Assembly (NCBI GenBank): GCA_030433115.1
Contig: JAUILH010000004.1
Coordinates: forward strand, 5,516-69,515
DNA: 64,000 bases
Source: Bacteroidia bacterium
GTDB lineage: Bacteria; Bacteroidota; Bacteroidia; Flavobacteriales_D; JAUILH01
Direction of reading: 5' to 3'
The position numbers and the translations under genes are program-made. The notes beneath the pieces were generated by a model. The model ran no database searches, was not told where the DNA came from, and saw nothing but the letters and a program-made list of their open reading frames with translations. This document shows, in pieces, positions 10,370 through 20,403 of the stretch. The stretch's first letter is position 1. Every line of letters starts with the position of its first letter.

Positions 10370-11315
10370 GGTCCAAACCTTTAACAATTTCTTGGATTTG
10401 AATATTCAGCATCACGTGTGTTGAGGTTTTCTTGTTGCCCAACTTACTCAGCGTACGTTCACCCTCTGGCTCAATAATCTTTGATTGAGGATGGGGTTTG
10501 TATGGCGACATGCCAAACTTAGGAGTGGTTTGTCCCCACAAGGAAATAATCGGTTTGTCGAAAGCGCTGGCTATATGCATCATGCCCGTGTCATTGCTAA
10601 TAATACATTGCGCATGTTTCATAATGTATGCTGAATCAAAAACGCTGAGCTGTCCGCATAGATTCTTTACATGGCTAAATTGATTAGAAAGGTCGTCTCC
10701 AACCACTTTGTCTTCCGGACCGCCAATTAAATAAACCGGGTAATCATAAACCTTGAACAAATCAAGCCATTTACTGGCAGGAAAACGTTTGCCTTCATGC
10801 TGACCACCAATCGCACATACAATATAACTGTCATCATTGATAAGGCCATCCTTTAACTTGAAATCCGGTGGAAAAAAGAAATCAAGCCCTTGTTCATCTT
10901 GTTTCAAATTAAAGTGAGACAGGGTTTCCATATACCGATCCACCACATGAAGATTGGGAAGCCTATCTATGCCCAATTGACACAACAACCACTTTTGAAT
11001 GTTCAATTTTCTAAAAGTAAATGACTGTGTTTTTAAAGTGGATTTAACCCGTTTTGTTCGGATGTTATGGTGCAAGTCAATGACGTAATCAAAAGAATGT
11101 GCTTTTAATGATGGTAAGACCTCATTCACCGATTTTTCAAAGGTGTGTATCTGATCAATATGAGGGTTGTGTTCCAGCAGATAAGCATACTTTTGCTTAC
11201 ACATAAAATGCAGTTCGCATGACATTTGCTTCAGTTGCCTCACCACAGGACTGCATAAAACGATATCACCTATTGAGCTAAATCTTAAAACAAGTATCTT
11301 TATCGGCTGTTTCAT
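10335..11315 (-). CDS. Glycosyltransferase family 9 (heptosyltransferase-like)
   Basis: ILVLRFSSIGDIVL, IDLH, ISNDTGMMHIASAFDKP. Confidence 0.92.
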   Translation of the reverse strand: MKQPIKILVLRFSSIGDIVLCSPVVRQLKQMSCELHFMCKQKYAYLLEHNPHIDQIHTFEKSVNEVLPSLKAHSFDYVIDLHHNIRTKRVKSTLKTQSFTFRKLNIQKWLLCQLGIDRLPNLHVVDRYMETLSHFNLKQDEQGLDFFFPPDFKLKDGLINDDSYIVCAIGGQHEGKRFPASKWLDLFKVYDYPVYLIGGPEDKVVGDDLSNQFSHVKNLCGQLSVFDSAYIMKHAQCIISNDTGMMHIASAFDKPIISLWGQTTPKFGMSPYKPHPQSKIIEPEGERTLSKLGNKKTSTHVMLNIQIQEIVKGLDLILHQHSQTKL

Positions 11316-11354
11316 TTCCCAGCTCAAAGGAAACTAATTTTTAACAAACGGAAA

Positions 11355-12131
11355 ATGCTGATAGATACACACGCGCATATTTATGTCGACCAGTTCAAGG
11401 AGGATTTGCCAGAAATTGTCGAAAGGGCTAAATCTGCAGGACTTGAGAAAATCTTAATGCCCAACATTGATGTTTACAGTATAGAGGCCATGAAGCAAGT
11501 AGAGCAGCAATACCCTAATTTTTGCTTCTCTATGATGGGGCTTCACCCATGTTCGGTTAAAAGGGAATCGTATAAGGCAGATCTTAGCAAGATTAAAACT
11601 GATCTGGAAGCAGGGGGGTATGTAGCAGTTGGAGAAATTGGTATTGATCTTTATTGGGATAAAACCACTTTGGATATTCAGCAAGAAGCCTTTAAGGAGC
11701 AGATTCAGTGGTCAATTAATCATGACTTACCTTTTGCCATTCATGCCAGAGATGCTTTTCAGGAAATTTTTGAGGTGATGGATGATTTTGATGCAAAAAA
11801 AATCAAAGGTGTATTCCATTGTTTTAATGGTGGGGTGGAGGAAGTTGAAAAAATCAATGCGGCTTATCCAAATTTTATGTTTGGTCTGGGCGGGGTCAGT
11901 ACATTCAAAAATGCTGGAATGGATGTGTCTATCCCGTTAATTCCAAATGAGAAAATTGTGTTGGAAACAGATGCGCCTTACCTGGCTCCGGTCCCTTTCA
12001 GAGGGAAACGAAATGAACCATCATACGTTTATCATATCGCGCAGCGCGTAGCAGATATCAAAGAAATGTCACTCGATAGGCTTTCTATTATCACTACGAA
12101 CAATGCGAAGACATTATTTGATCTAAATTGA
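11355..12131 (+). CDS. tatD: TatD family hydrolase
   Basis: IDTHAH, GLHP, AVGEIGID, IHAR, VFHCF, LETDAPYLAP..RGKRNEP. Confidence 0.94.
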   Translation: MLIDTHAHIYVDQFKEDLPEIVERAKSAGLEKILMPNIDVYSIEAMKQVEQQYPNFCFSMMGLHPCSVKRESYKADLSKIKTDLEAGGYVAVGEIGIDLYWDKTTLDIQQEAFKEQIQWSINHDLPFAIHARDAFQEIFEVMDDFDAKKIKGVFHCFNGGVEEVEKINAAYPNFMFGLGGVSTFKNAGMDVSIPLIPNEKIVLETDAPYLAPVPFRGKRNEPSYVYHIAQRVADIKEMSLDRLSIITTNNAKTLFDLN

Positions 12132-12140
12132 TACTTTACC

Positions 12141-13148
12141 ATGGCGTCATCGATACTTATAATATATACAGGCGGTACTATTGGCATGCAGCAAGATGCC
12201 GAAACCGGTGCTTTGAGACCTTTTGATTTTGAGCACCTCCTGGCGGAAATTCCTGAGTTGAGAAAGTTTAATTACTCTATTGACTCTCACTCTTTTAAAA
12301 GACCTATTGATTCGTCCAATATGAATCCCAAAACCTGGGCCAAATTGGCGAAATTAATAGAGTCAAATTATGAGGCTTACGATGGTTTCGTGGTGCTTCA
12401 TGGTTCTGATACCATGGCTTATACCGCTTCAGCGTTGAGTTTTATGCTACAGAATTTGGGAAAACCGGTCATTCTCACAGGGTCTCAATTGCCAATTGGG
12501 GTAATTAGAACCGATGGAAAGGAGAATCTGATTACATCCATAGAAATTGCTGCTGCAAAAGAGGATGGACTGCCTGTGGTGCCGGAAGTGGCCGTTTATT
12601 TTGAGTATCAGTTGTACCGGGGCAATCGAACGACCAAAATTTCTGCTTCACATTTTGAAGCATTTTTATCACCAAATTATCCAGTAATTGCTGAGGCGGG
12701 AATAGATATCGCATACAATCATCGGTTCATCAGATCTGTATCAGAAGGCGGGTTAAAGTTGTCAACGGATTTCTGCAATGAGGTGGGCGTACTTAAACTC
12801 TATCCGGGAATTCATCAAAGCTATGTGCAATCTGTACTGAAGGTGCCTGAACTCAAAGCAGTCATCATAGAATCTTATGGGGCGGGCAACATGCCAACTG
12901 ATAGTTGGTTGTTGAACGATATCAAAGAGGCAGTTGACTCTGGTAAAAAAGTCATTAACATCACGCAATGCCTCAAGGGAACGGTTAAGCAGGGCTCATA
13001 TGAAACCAGTAAGAAGCTCGACAAATTGGGGGTGATTAGCGGTCGTGACATGACCGTTGAATCTGCCATTACTAAAACCATGTATTTGTTGGGTTCTGGA
13101 ACTTCTGATTTTGAAACAGAATTTTCAGTGTCTCTCTGTGGTGAGTAG
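12141..13148 (+). CDS. ansA: Type I L-asparaginase
   Basis: IYTGGTIGM, IDSSNM, HGSDTMAYTASALSF, LTGSQLP. Confidence 0.94.
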   Translation: MASSILIIYTGGTIGMQQDAETGALRPFDFEHLLAEIPELRKFNYSIDSHSFKRPIDSSNMNPKTWAKLAKLIESNYEAYDGFVVLHGSDTMAYTASALSFMLQNLGKPVILTGSQLPIGVIRTDGKENLITSIEIAAAKEDGLPVVPEVAVYFEYQLYRGNRTTKISASHFEAFLSPNYPVIAEAGIDIAYNHRFIRSVSEGGLKLSTDFCNEVGVLKLYPGIHQSYVQSVLKVPELKAVIIESYGAGNMPTDSWLLNDIKEAVDSGKKVINITQCLKGTVKQGSYETSKKLDKLGVISGRDMTVESAITKTMYLLGSGTSDFETEFSVSLCGE

Positions 13149-13195
13149 TCGTTCCACTATCCACCCTTGAATCTCATTCACCAATAATCCGCAAC

Positions 13196-13306
13196 CAGAC
13201 TCCTTCGTCGTTCCTCCTCTGAGGACGGTTGCTGGCTGTCTGCACCCAATGGCAATTCCCCTGCCTACCTAACCTACACCAACTCAGAGCGCAGCTAAGG
13301 AGTCTG
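13196..13306. repeat. Inverted pair of REP-like elements
   Basis: cagactccttcgtcgttcctcctctgag (13196-13223) and ctcagagcgcagctaaggagtctg (13283-13306) have complementary ends: cagactcctt/aaggagtctg and ctctgag/ctcagag. Confidence 0.6.
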
Positions 13307-13559
13307 CTCCTTGATGACGTCTATTCTACCCATTAAAATTCAATTTTAACAACATTAGTTTATGGAAATCCAACTTTCTCCTCATCTCATAATCACAACA
13401 GAAAAATCAAGCTTTCGGGGCTTTCAGTCAATAGAATCTCAGAAGCATAATAAGAAAGTTATTTACGAGTTCTCTATTATAGATTTTTTTGTAATTTGGC
13501 ACCCCATAGAGAAGAGCTATGTTGAAGCAAACAAACAGAATTCTTCGCTATCCGTGAGA

Positions 13560-13646
13560 GGAGAGGTGCTAGAGTGGTTGAATAGGCTACCCTGGAAAGG
13601 TAGTATACTCGCAAGGGTATCGAGGGTTCGAATCCCTCTCTCTCCG
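13560..13646 (+). tRNA. tRNA-Ser (GGA)
   Basis: Acceptor stem GGAGAGG/TCTCTCC, anticodon arm CTACC-CTGGAAA-GGTAG, long variable arm, T-arm GAGGG-TTCGAAT-CCCTC, discriminator G; CCA not encoded. Confidence 0.97.
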
Positions 13647-13709
13647 CTTAAAAACAAGGAAAATAAATTTTATAACAAATAGAAACGTTTGCAAACCAAT
13701 TAATCAATC

Positions 13710-14576
13710 ATGAAAAGAATACTGACTTCAATTGCAGTTGCAGGATTTTTAACTTTAGGAGGCGCACAAGCTTCAACAGTTAACGACTTTGAATTAAGTT
13801 CGACTGAAAGTTCGACTGAAACGCACGTAGTAATGGCCGATCAAATGCCATCATCCGATCTACTAGCTCAGGATGGAGGAGACGCAGAAGCTTCCGACGA
13901 AAAAGCCGGAGAGGAACCTAAAGAAGAGAAAAAGCAAGAAATCAACCAGATGCAAACTTTAAAGCAAAAGTTCATCGAAGGTGGTGCTTTGTTTATGGCC
14001 ATTGTATTGTTAGCCTTGATTCTTGGTTTGGCATTGTGTATCGAAAGAATCGTATACTTGAACATGGCAACAACCAACACAGACAAGTTATTGGAAGATG
14101 TAGAGTCTGCCTTGGCTTCAGGTGGTGTTGAAGCTGCTAAAGAAGTATGTAGAAATACCAGAGGTCCTGTAGCATCTATTTTCTATCAGGGATTGGACAG
14201 AGCCGATGAAGGTATTGAGCAGGCAGAGAAGTCTGTTATCGCCTACGGTGGTGTGCAAATGGGATTGTTGGAAAAAGGACTGCCATGGATTGCCTTGTTT
14301 ATCGCCTTGGCACCAATGCTTGGGTTCATGGGAACAGTAATCGGTATGATTGATGCCTTCGATACAATCGTTGAGCAGAAAGATATTAAAGTAGACCAGG
14401 TAGCGAAAGGTATTAAAGTAGCCCTTTTGACAACTGTATTTGGTTTGATCGTTGCGATTATCCTTCAGATCTTCTATAACTACATTGTGAGTAAAATTGA
14501 TGGTCTGGTTAACCAAATGGAAGATGCTTCTATTAGCTTGGTTGACATGCTTGTAAAGCACAAAGAAGGGAAATAA
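13710..14576 (+). CDS. exbB: MotA/TolQ/ExbB proton channel protein
   Basis: APMLGFMGTVIGMI.AF and GIKVALLTTVFGLIVAI; N-terminal signal-like segment. Confidence 0.92.
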   Translation: MKRILTSIAVAGFLTLGGAQASTVNDFELSSTESSTETHVVMADQMPSSDLLAQDGGDAEASDEKAGEEPKEEKKQEINQMQTLKQKFIEGGALFMAIVLLALILGLALCIERIVYLNMATTNTDKLLEDVESALASGGVEAAKEVCRNTRGPVASIFYQGLDRADEGIEQAEKSVIAYGGVQMGLLEKGLPWIALFIALAPMLGFMGTVIGMIDAFDTIVEQKDIKVDQVAKGIKVALLTTVFGLIVAIILQIFYNYIVSKIDGLVNQMEDASISLVDMLVKHKEGK

Positions 14577-14610
14577 TAAGCCCGATTATTAATTAAAAAA
14601 ACTAAGTATT

Positions 14611-15525
14611 ATGTCAGAAATACTTGAATATATATTACAGATTTTCACCTTCGGGCTTGATCCAATTGCATCAGTTGCGTTCTATTTGGCACTGATCGTG
14701 ATTCCCGGTCTGGTTTGGTTCCTTGGGAAGCAAAATGCCGAGAAAGGTCAGAAAATCATTTCATTGACTTTTAAGATCGTGACTGCTGTCATATTTGTGA
14801 CAGGTTTCGTATTGATCTATTTAATCACTTCAAGTGCAACCAAATATGAAGTCTTTGAGACGCAAGAAGGTGGTGAAGTCAAGAAAATGCAAGTCAACGG
14901 AGAAGATGTTGTTGGAATCTATGCAGTGCAAAGTGATGAGAAGATTTTGGTTGAAGGTGACGTGCTATTGAAGTCTGCAGAGGAATCTCCTGAGGCTGTT
15001 GAGCAAAGAAAACAATCTGATCCTGATGCCATAGTTCGTCTAGATGAAAACGGAAATGAGCAAATCTTCGAACCAATGGAAGAGGAAGTTTTGCCATTGC
15101 CTAAAGACATCATCAAAGTGGAACTGAAAAGTGGAGATATTGTGATGGTTCAGGATGGAAAGTACTACAACGAAGGTATGATTGAGTCTTCAGTTGGCTT
15201 CTCCATTTTAATTGTCCTGATCTGTTTTGGTTTGATGCTGGGATTCGGAATCAGTAAATTGATTGAACAACCTAAGCAAGCTGTGAAGCCATTGATCATG
15301 TTCGGTGCCTTGGTATTGATCATTGCATTGTCATACGGAATTGAAGGGTCTTTCTTTACAAATGTATCTGATGACCCTGATTTCATGGAAGCATTCGGTG
15401 GTGAGGTAACAGCTGGTGATGAAAAAGATTCAGGGGGAAGCATCATTGCCGCCTTCATCTTAATTACCATTGCTACAACCCTGGCTGTTGGATGGAGTAT
15501 TTATAACCTAATCACTAAACGTTAA
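14611..15525 (+). CDS. Multi-pass membrane protein in the exbB-exbD operon
   Basis: About 5 TM segments and an acidic soluble insert; located between exbB and exbD. Confidence 0.8.
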   Translation: MSEILEYILQIFTFGLDPIASVAFYLALIVIPGLVWFLGKQNAEKGQKIISLTFKIVTAVIFVTGFVLIYLITSSATKYEVFETQEGGEVKKMQVNGEDVVGIYAVQSDEKILVEGDVLLKSAEESPEAVEQRKQSDPDAIVRLDENGNEQIFEPMEEEVLPLPKDIIKVELKSGDIVMVQDGKYYNEGMIESSVGFSILIVLICFGLMLGFGISKLIEQPKQAVKPLIMFGALVLIIALSYGIEGSFFTNVSDDPDFMEAFGGEVTAGDEKDSGGSIIAAFILITIATTLAVGWSIYNLITKR

Positions 15526-15529
15526 TATT

Positions 15530-16348
15530 ATGGGAAGAAGAGAATTGCCCGAAATTAATGCTGGATCTATGGCGGATATCGCCTTCCTACTTCTGGTATT
15601 CTTCCTTGTTACTACAACTATTAACATCCCGGAATCCGGGGTGAAAGCTAGCGTACCTGAGAAACCACAGGAACAACTTGATAAAGAGGATCAACCTATC
15701 ATTATAACAAAGGTTTATGACCGAGATATCTTGATGATTATCGCAAATAAAGAAAACCGACTGTTGATTGAGGATAGAGAGTACGGTCCTGAAGAAGTAG
15801 ATCAGATCTACGATCATGTTATCAAGTTTTATGGATCTCATACCACCAACGAAAGACCAATGCCGGAAAATGACATTGAAGGTGATGGTGAGCAGGATTT
15901 CCCGATTCGTTGGAAAGTAACTCAGGATTCAATTGATTCTCAGGTGCAATACTGGGAAGAACAGAGAACAACTGTTGTAAACTATGGTGGAGAAACCAAG
16001 TTCTTCGACTTCATGATTGAAAGATGGAAATTTAAAGAGGAGATTTTGAAAGAGGTGGGTGAGTATTACGAATTGCCAGATGCTTCTTCCATCAAGTTTG
16101 AAACGGATGAGGAAACTACCTATGGCTTCTATCTATCTGTATTGGATATGATTTATGCGGCAAGAACTAAAGTGCAAAACGATTTCTGTCAGGAAAGATG
16201 GCAGTTGGATTATGCCCAGATCGTGGCTGCGGCTAAAAGTGATAAAGCTACTGAAGCTGATAAGAAAAGAAAGAAAATCGTTGAGACCTTATATCCTTCC
16301 AAGAAATTGCAGGATAAAGCGGCCAAACTCGATGACGTAGAACTATAA
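15530..16348 (+). CDS. exbD: ExbD/TolR family protein (long form)
   Basis: EINAGSMADIAFLLLVFFLVTTTI with the conserved TM Asp. Confidence 0.9.
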   Translation: MGRRELPEINAGSMADIAFLLLVFFLVTTTINIPESGVKASVPEKPQEQLDKEDQPIIITKVYDRDILMIIANKENRLLIEDREYGPEEVDQIYDHVIKFYGSHTTNERPMPENDIEGDGEQDFPIRWKVTQDSIDSQVQYWEEQRTTVVNYGGETKFFDFMIERWKFKEEILKEVGEYYELPDASSIKFETDEETTYGFYLSVLDMIYAARTKVQNDFCQERWQLDYAQIVAAAKSDKATEADKKRKKIVETLYPSKKLQDKAAKLDDVEL

Positions 16349-16358
16349 TATTTAGAAG

Positions 16359-16811
16359 ATGTCTAAATTTAGTAAGAAGAAAAAAAGAGGAACACCAGGT
16401 ATATCTACGGCGTCATTGCCAGATATTGTATTCATGCTTTTATTCTTTTTCATGACAGTAACTGTTGTAAAAGAGAATCCAGCTAAAGTATTGTATACAA
16501 AACCTACAACAAAGTTCTACGACAAGATTGAGGACAGAAATACCATTGCCTATTTGTACGTTGGTACGGACGATAAAGGAAATATCCGATATGAAATCAA
16601 TGGTCAGGTCTATGATAAGTTGACTTCCTTCAGAGATGAGATCATTGCCAATAAAGAATATGTTCTTAAGAAGGCAAAAGGAAAAGAACCTATCTATACT
16701 TTAAAGATTGATAAGGACAATGTGGACGTTCAGATTGTTGCTAAAGTGAGAAAAGCACTTCAGGAAGCAGAAATTCAAACGATCCTTTACTCTTCAGATA
16801 AGCGGGAGTAA
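16359..16811 (+). CDS. exbD: ExbD/TolR family protein (short form)
   Basis: ISTASLPDIVFMLLFFFMTVT with the conserved TM Asp. Confidence 0.9.
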   Translation: MSKFSKKKKRGTPGISTASLPDIVFMLLFFFMTVTVVKENPAKVLYTKPTTKFYDKIEDRNTIAYLYVGTDDKGNIRYEINGQVYDKLTSFRDEIIANKEYVLKKAKGKEPIYTLKIDKDNVDVQIVAKVRKALQEAEIQTILYSSDKRE

Positions 16812-17782
16812 GTAAATTGCTTCCTTAGAAAGAAAATGATCACGCCCGTTATTGCAATGCCAATGGCGGGCGTTTTTTCTATCCAGTCGGGAATAGAAGA
16901 TGGATTATTTTGCTGCCAGTAAAGTAATATCACTCCGCTGGTATTATAGGCAGCATGTACAATCATGCTGGCCAATAAAGAACCCGTTCCAACAAATACC
17001 CAGCCCAAAAGAACGCCCATGGCAAACCGGGTGAGAAAACCATCCCACTCCATGTGCATCACTGCAAACATCAAGGCACTAATGATAATAGCCAACCATT
17101 TTTTATGATACACGTAAGTGGTCTCTTCAGAAGTTTCCTGATTGGTGGCGTCCTCATCAATAAGATTTCCAAATCCATCCTTGTCTAGCTTCTTCGAATT
17201 GGTTAATTGGAGTAAGTACTGCAATACGCCGCCTCTGTAAAATAACTCTTCGCAAATGCCAGGTAGAATGCCAATGACCAATATGTTGATCAGTAAACTA
17301 CTTTGTCCACCAGACATAATGATACTCTGAATGGTATGATAATGCTTATTGGCCTGGTCAGCTTGATCCCTTAAACCAAGCGCTTCAATGATCTCCAGAT
17401 TCCAGAAATTGAGGGCAAAAGAGGCAAAAATCGCCGAAATGCCCAATAATGCGAAAACTGGTCCCAAAAATGGCGTGATGCCTACATGAACTTTCGAAAA
17501 CCGGATACTTTCCCTCTCCGTAAGTTGGAAAAAGGACAATGCAGCAAGGGCAAAGACCCCCAGTTGATTCAAAGCAGTTGATAACTGATGGGCATGCCTG
17601 TAGTCAGAGAACTTCTCCGGTCCCACGTTTGAGAGTTTCTGATTGGCCAAATCCACATCAAAAACCATTGAAGCCAGTTGTATACTAAGTGTGCCAAAAA
17701 TGATGAGTCCAACCAAACAAAAACTAAACAAAAAAAGCAGTTTATAGCCCGGACTTAGCTCATCAAAAATGGGTGTCTTCAT
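16787..17782 (-). CDS. CPBP family intramembrane metalloprotease
   Basis: EELFYRG, FAVMH and VHAAYN motifs, multi-TM; ATG 17782 avoids overlap with dusB. Confidence 0.9.
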   Translation of the reverse strand: MKTPIFDELSPGYKLLFLFSFCLVGLIIFGTLSIQLASMVFDVDLANQKLSNVGPEKFSDYRHAHQLSTALNQLGVFALAALSFFQLTERESIRFSKVHVGITPFLGPVFALLGISAIFASFALNFWNLEIIEALGLRDQADQANKHYHTIQSIIMSGGQSSLLINILVIGILPGICEELFYRGGVLQYLLQLTNSKKLDKDGFGNLIDEDATNQETSEETTYVYHKKWLAIIISALMFAVMHMEWDGFLTRFAMGVLLGWVFVGTGSLLASMIVHAAYNTSGVILLYWQQNNPSSIPDWIEKTPAIGIAITGVIIFFLRKQFTYSRLSEE

Positions 17783-17804
17783 ATTCTTACTACTTTTGCA
17801 GAAG

Positions 17805-18791
17805 GTGACAAAGATAGCAAATATAGAACTCGGGGATTTTCCGCTCTTGTTGGCGCCAATGGAAGACGTATCCGATCCGCCATTTCGTGCCTTATGCAAA
17901 AAGTATGGTGCCGATTTAATGTATACAGAATTTATTTCTTCTGAAGGTTTGATTCGTGATGCAGCAAAAAGTGTTCAGAAGTTAGACATATTTGAATATG
18001 AAAGACCTGTGGGCATTCAAATTTTTGGGAGCAATATCGAGTCTATGATAGAGGCCACGAAAGTGACTGCGAAAGCGAATCCAGACATCATTGACATCAA
18101 TTATGGTTGTCCGGTGAAAAAGGTAGCCTGCAAAGGTGCAGGTGCTGGTATTCTTCAAGACATTCCTAAAATGGTATCTATGACTAAGGAAGTTGTTAAT
18201 GCAACGGACTTGCCTGTAACGGTTAAAACCAGATTGGGCTGGGATGATGACACAAAGTACATTGTTGAAGTGGCCGAAAGGCTTCAGGATGTCGGCATCA
18301 AAGCCATATCAATTCACGGAAGAACCAGAAAACAAATGTATAAAGGGGAAGCTGATTGGACACTCATTGCTGAAGTGAAGAACAACTCTAGAATCCAAAT
18401 CCCCGTGTTTGGCAACGGTGATGTAGATTCACCCGAGAAAGCGGTTGAATATAAAAATAAATATGGTGTAGATGGTATCATGATTGGTCGTGCCAGCATT
18501 GGTTATCCTTGGATTTTCAGAGAGATCAAACATTTTGTGAAAACCGGGGAGCATCTGCAAAAACCAGATATTCATGAGCGCGTCTCAGCAGCCAGAGAGC
18601 ACTTGGAAATGTCTGTTAAATGGAAAGGAGAACGCCTTGGCCTGGTTGAAATGAAGCGCCATTATACCAACTATTTCAAAGGGATTCCACATTTTAAAGA
18701 TTACAGGTTAAAATTGGTGACCTCTATGGACCTGGAAGAAGTGAGAGATGCATTGGATGAGATTCCTGAAAGATTTGCCGTTGAGTTTTAG
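17805..18791 (+). CDS. dusB: tRNA dihydrouridine synthase B
   Basis: LAPMEDVSD, DINYGCP, TVKTRLGWD, IHGRTR, GNGDV, GIMIGR; GTG 17805 follows TACTTTTG (17791-17798). Confidence 0.94.
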   Translation: MTKIANIELGDFPLLLAPMEDVSDPPFRALCKKYGADLMYTEFISSEGLIRDAAKSVQKLDIFEYERPVGIQIFGSNIESMIEATKVTAKANPDIIDINYGCPVKKVACKGAGAGILQDIPKMVSMTKEVVNATDLPVTVKTRLGWDDDTKYIVEVAERLQDVGIKAISIHGRTRKQMYKGEADWTLIAEVKNNSRIQIPVFGNGDVDSPEKAVEYKNKYGVDGIMIGRASIGYPWIFREIKHFVKTGEHLQKPDIHERVSAAREHLEMSVKWKGERLGLVEMKRHYTNYFKGIPHFKDYRLKLVTSMDLEEVRDALDEIPERFAVEF

Positions 18792-20011
18792 TGCTTAACC
18801 GGCTTTCTCAACAAATACCTAACGGGAATATAAGTGGTGATGATACCCACAAACAACACTGTTCCAAAAATCCAGAGTAAATCAAGCCAGACTATTTTTA
18901 CCGGGAAACTTTCCAGCTCAGCTTGCTCTCCCATACCCACCCAGCCAAATTGGAGCTGACCATAGGTGAAGATCAAGCCCAAACCAATGCCTATGCTCGC
19001 GCCGAGAAAATTAATTAATAGCCCTTCGGTAATGAAGATTTGCCTGATTGTAGTGTAATTTGCACCCAAGGCATGAAGTGTAGCAATGTCTCTCTTTTTG
19101 TCCAACACGAGCATAGTCAATGACGCAATCATATTAAAAGTGGCCAACAGGAAAATGAAACAGAGGATCAAAAAGGTCATCCATTTCTCCGTTCTGTGTG
19201 TGCTGAATAGCAGTTCGTTCTGATCAAATCTATTTTGGATTTCGAAACCATCCCCCAGAATATCTGTCAGTTTACCCTTAATTTTTTCGCTGTCGACCGA
19301 TTCTTCAAGTTGTAATTCTATACCGGTCACATCTCCATCATAGCCTAAAATGCCTGACGCGAAATTGAGCGTAGTGAAAAAGAACTTATCGTCATACTTG
19401 GGATTCTTGGATTTAAAAACACCGGCTAGAGGGATTTTCTGCTCTTGCAGCGCTGATTCCTTGCTTTTGCTGAGCTTTTCGCTGCCCTGTACTCCTAAAA
19501 CTTTGATGGTTTGTGGTCTCACAGTAGAAATGTAGGTGCGCAACTGTCCGGCCAAACCTACTCCCATAATGGTTTGAGGAAAGGTGTCGATTTCCAAAGT
19601 AAGCTCACCATCATACAAGTACTTCTTCAATCCGGCCATATCCAAAAAAGACGGTTCAATGCCTTTCATCTCGGCCAAAACCCAGTTGTCTTTCGTTGAT
19701 TTGAGAATGGCAATTTCTTCAATGAAATAAGAGGCATTTGCTACCTCTTCCAGAGCAAGTAATTCTTCTTTTTTGAGGGACTCTTTGGTCGTTTTTTTTC
19801 CGAGTTTTTTGGTAATCTTAATGTCGGAATCCAACCTTGAATATCGGTTTTCAACAAAATCTTCAATACCATTGAATCCAGAAAGGACGATCACCATTGC
19901 CATGGTGCTCACTGCAATTCCAAAAACAGAAATGCCCGAAATCAGGTTAATGACATTGTGTGTTTTCTTACTAAACACATACCTTTTCGCTATTCTGAAA
20001 GGAAGATTCAA
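18788..20011 (-). CDS. LolC/E-type (FtsX-like) ABC transporter permease
   Basis: IAKRYVFSKK, VIVLSGFNG, periplasmic domain, DKKRDIATLHALGA, IFITEG. Confidence 0.88.
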   Translation of the reverse strand: MNLPFRIAKRYVFSKKTHNVINLISGISVFGIAVSTMAMVIVLSGFNGIEDFVENRYSRLDSDIKITKKLGKKTTKESLKKEELLALEEVANASYFIEEIAILKSTKDNWVLAEMKGIEPSFLDMAGLKKYLYDGELTLEIDTFPQTIMGVGLAGQLRTYISTVRPQTIKVLGVQGSEKLSKSKESALQEQKIPLAGVFKSKNPKYDDKFFFTTLNFASGILGYDGDVTGIELQLEESVDSEKIKGKLTDILGDGFEIQNRFDQNELLFSTHRTEKWMTFLILCFIFLLATFNMIASLTMLVLDKKRDIATLHALGANYTTIRQIFITEGLLINFLGASIGIGLGLIFTYGQLQFGWVGMGEQAELESFPVKIVWLDLLWIFGTVLFVGIITTYIPVRYLLRKPVKH

Positions 20012-20012
20012 G

Positions 20013-20351
20013 CTACTGCTTTAGGAGTTTGTCAATGGTCTCTGCATAGTCCTGCGTGTCATCAAGGAAAAAAGCCAGTTCAGGAACTTTTCTGACTTGT
20101 TGAGAAATGGTTTTTCCCAAATCTCGTCTAATCATACCAGTTTGTGCCTTAATGTTTTCGAAAACTTCAAGCGGTTTTGCATGACCAAATACACTTAAGT
20201 AGACTTTGGCAAAACTCAAATCCGGACTCATTCTAACCACTGTAACACTTACCATTGCACCATTACAAAGTGTTCTGGATTCACGTTGGAATATGAGGCT
20301 CAATTCTTGCTTAATGAGGTTCGCTACTTTTTCTTGTCTGATACTTGCCAT
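20013..20351 (-). CDS. rbfA: 30S ribosome-binding factor A
   Basis: RQEKVANLI, VTVVRMSPDLSFAKVYLS, RKVPELAFFLD. Confidence 0.95.
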   Translation of the reverse strand: MASIRQEKVANLIKQELSLIFQRESRTLCNGAMVSVTVVRMSPDLSFAKVYLSVFGHAKPLEVFENIKAQTGMIRRDLGKTISQQVRKVPELAFFLDDTQDYAETIDKLLKQ

Positions 20352-20403
20352 CTTGCAAAGATAATCTTTTTACCTGCCAAGCATTATATCCTATATTTGC
20401 GGG

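Noticed and set aside
13506-13551. Weak hairpin (atagagaaga...tcttcgctat) just upstream of tRNA-Ser
   Set aside because: Short, imperfect and AT-rich; cannot be supported as a ncRNA without covariation data.
13362-13682. 106-aa ORF
   Set aside because: Spans tRNA-Ser and its upstream region and has no protein motif.
13560-13710. tRNA as a possible island integration site
   Set aside because: No integrase and no duplicated tRNA 3' end seen in the window; flanking genes are core.
17783-17899. Apparent 130-nt head-to-head overlap of CPBP and dusB
   Set aside because: Artefact of longest-ORF starts; ATG 17782 and GTG 17805 remove the overlap.
19792-19799. T8 run in the LolC/E permease as another slippage site
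   Set aside because: The gene is intact and in frame across it.
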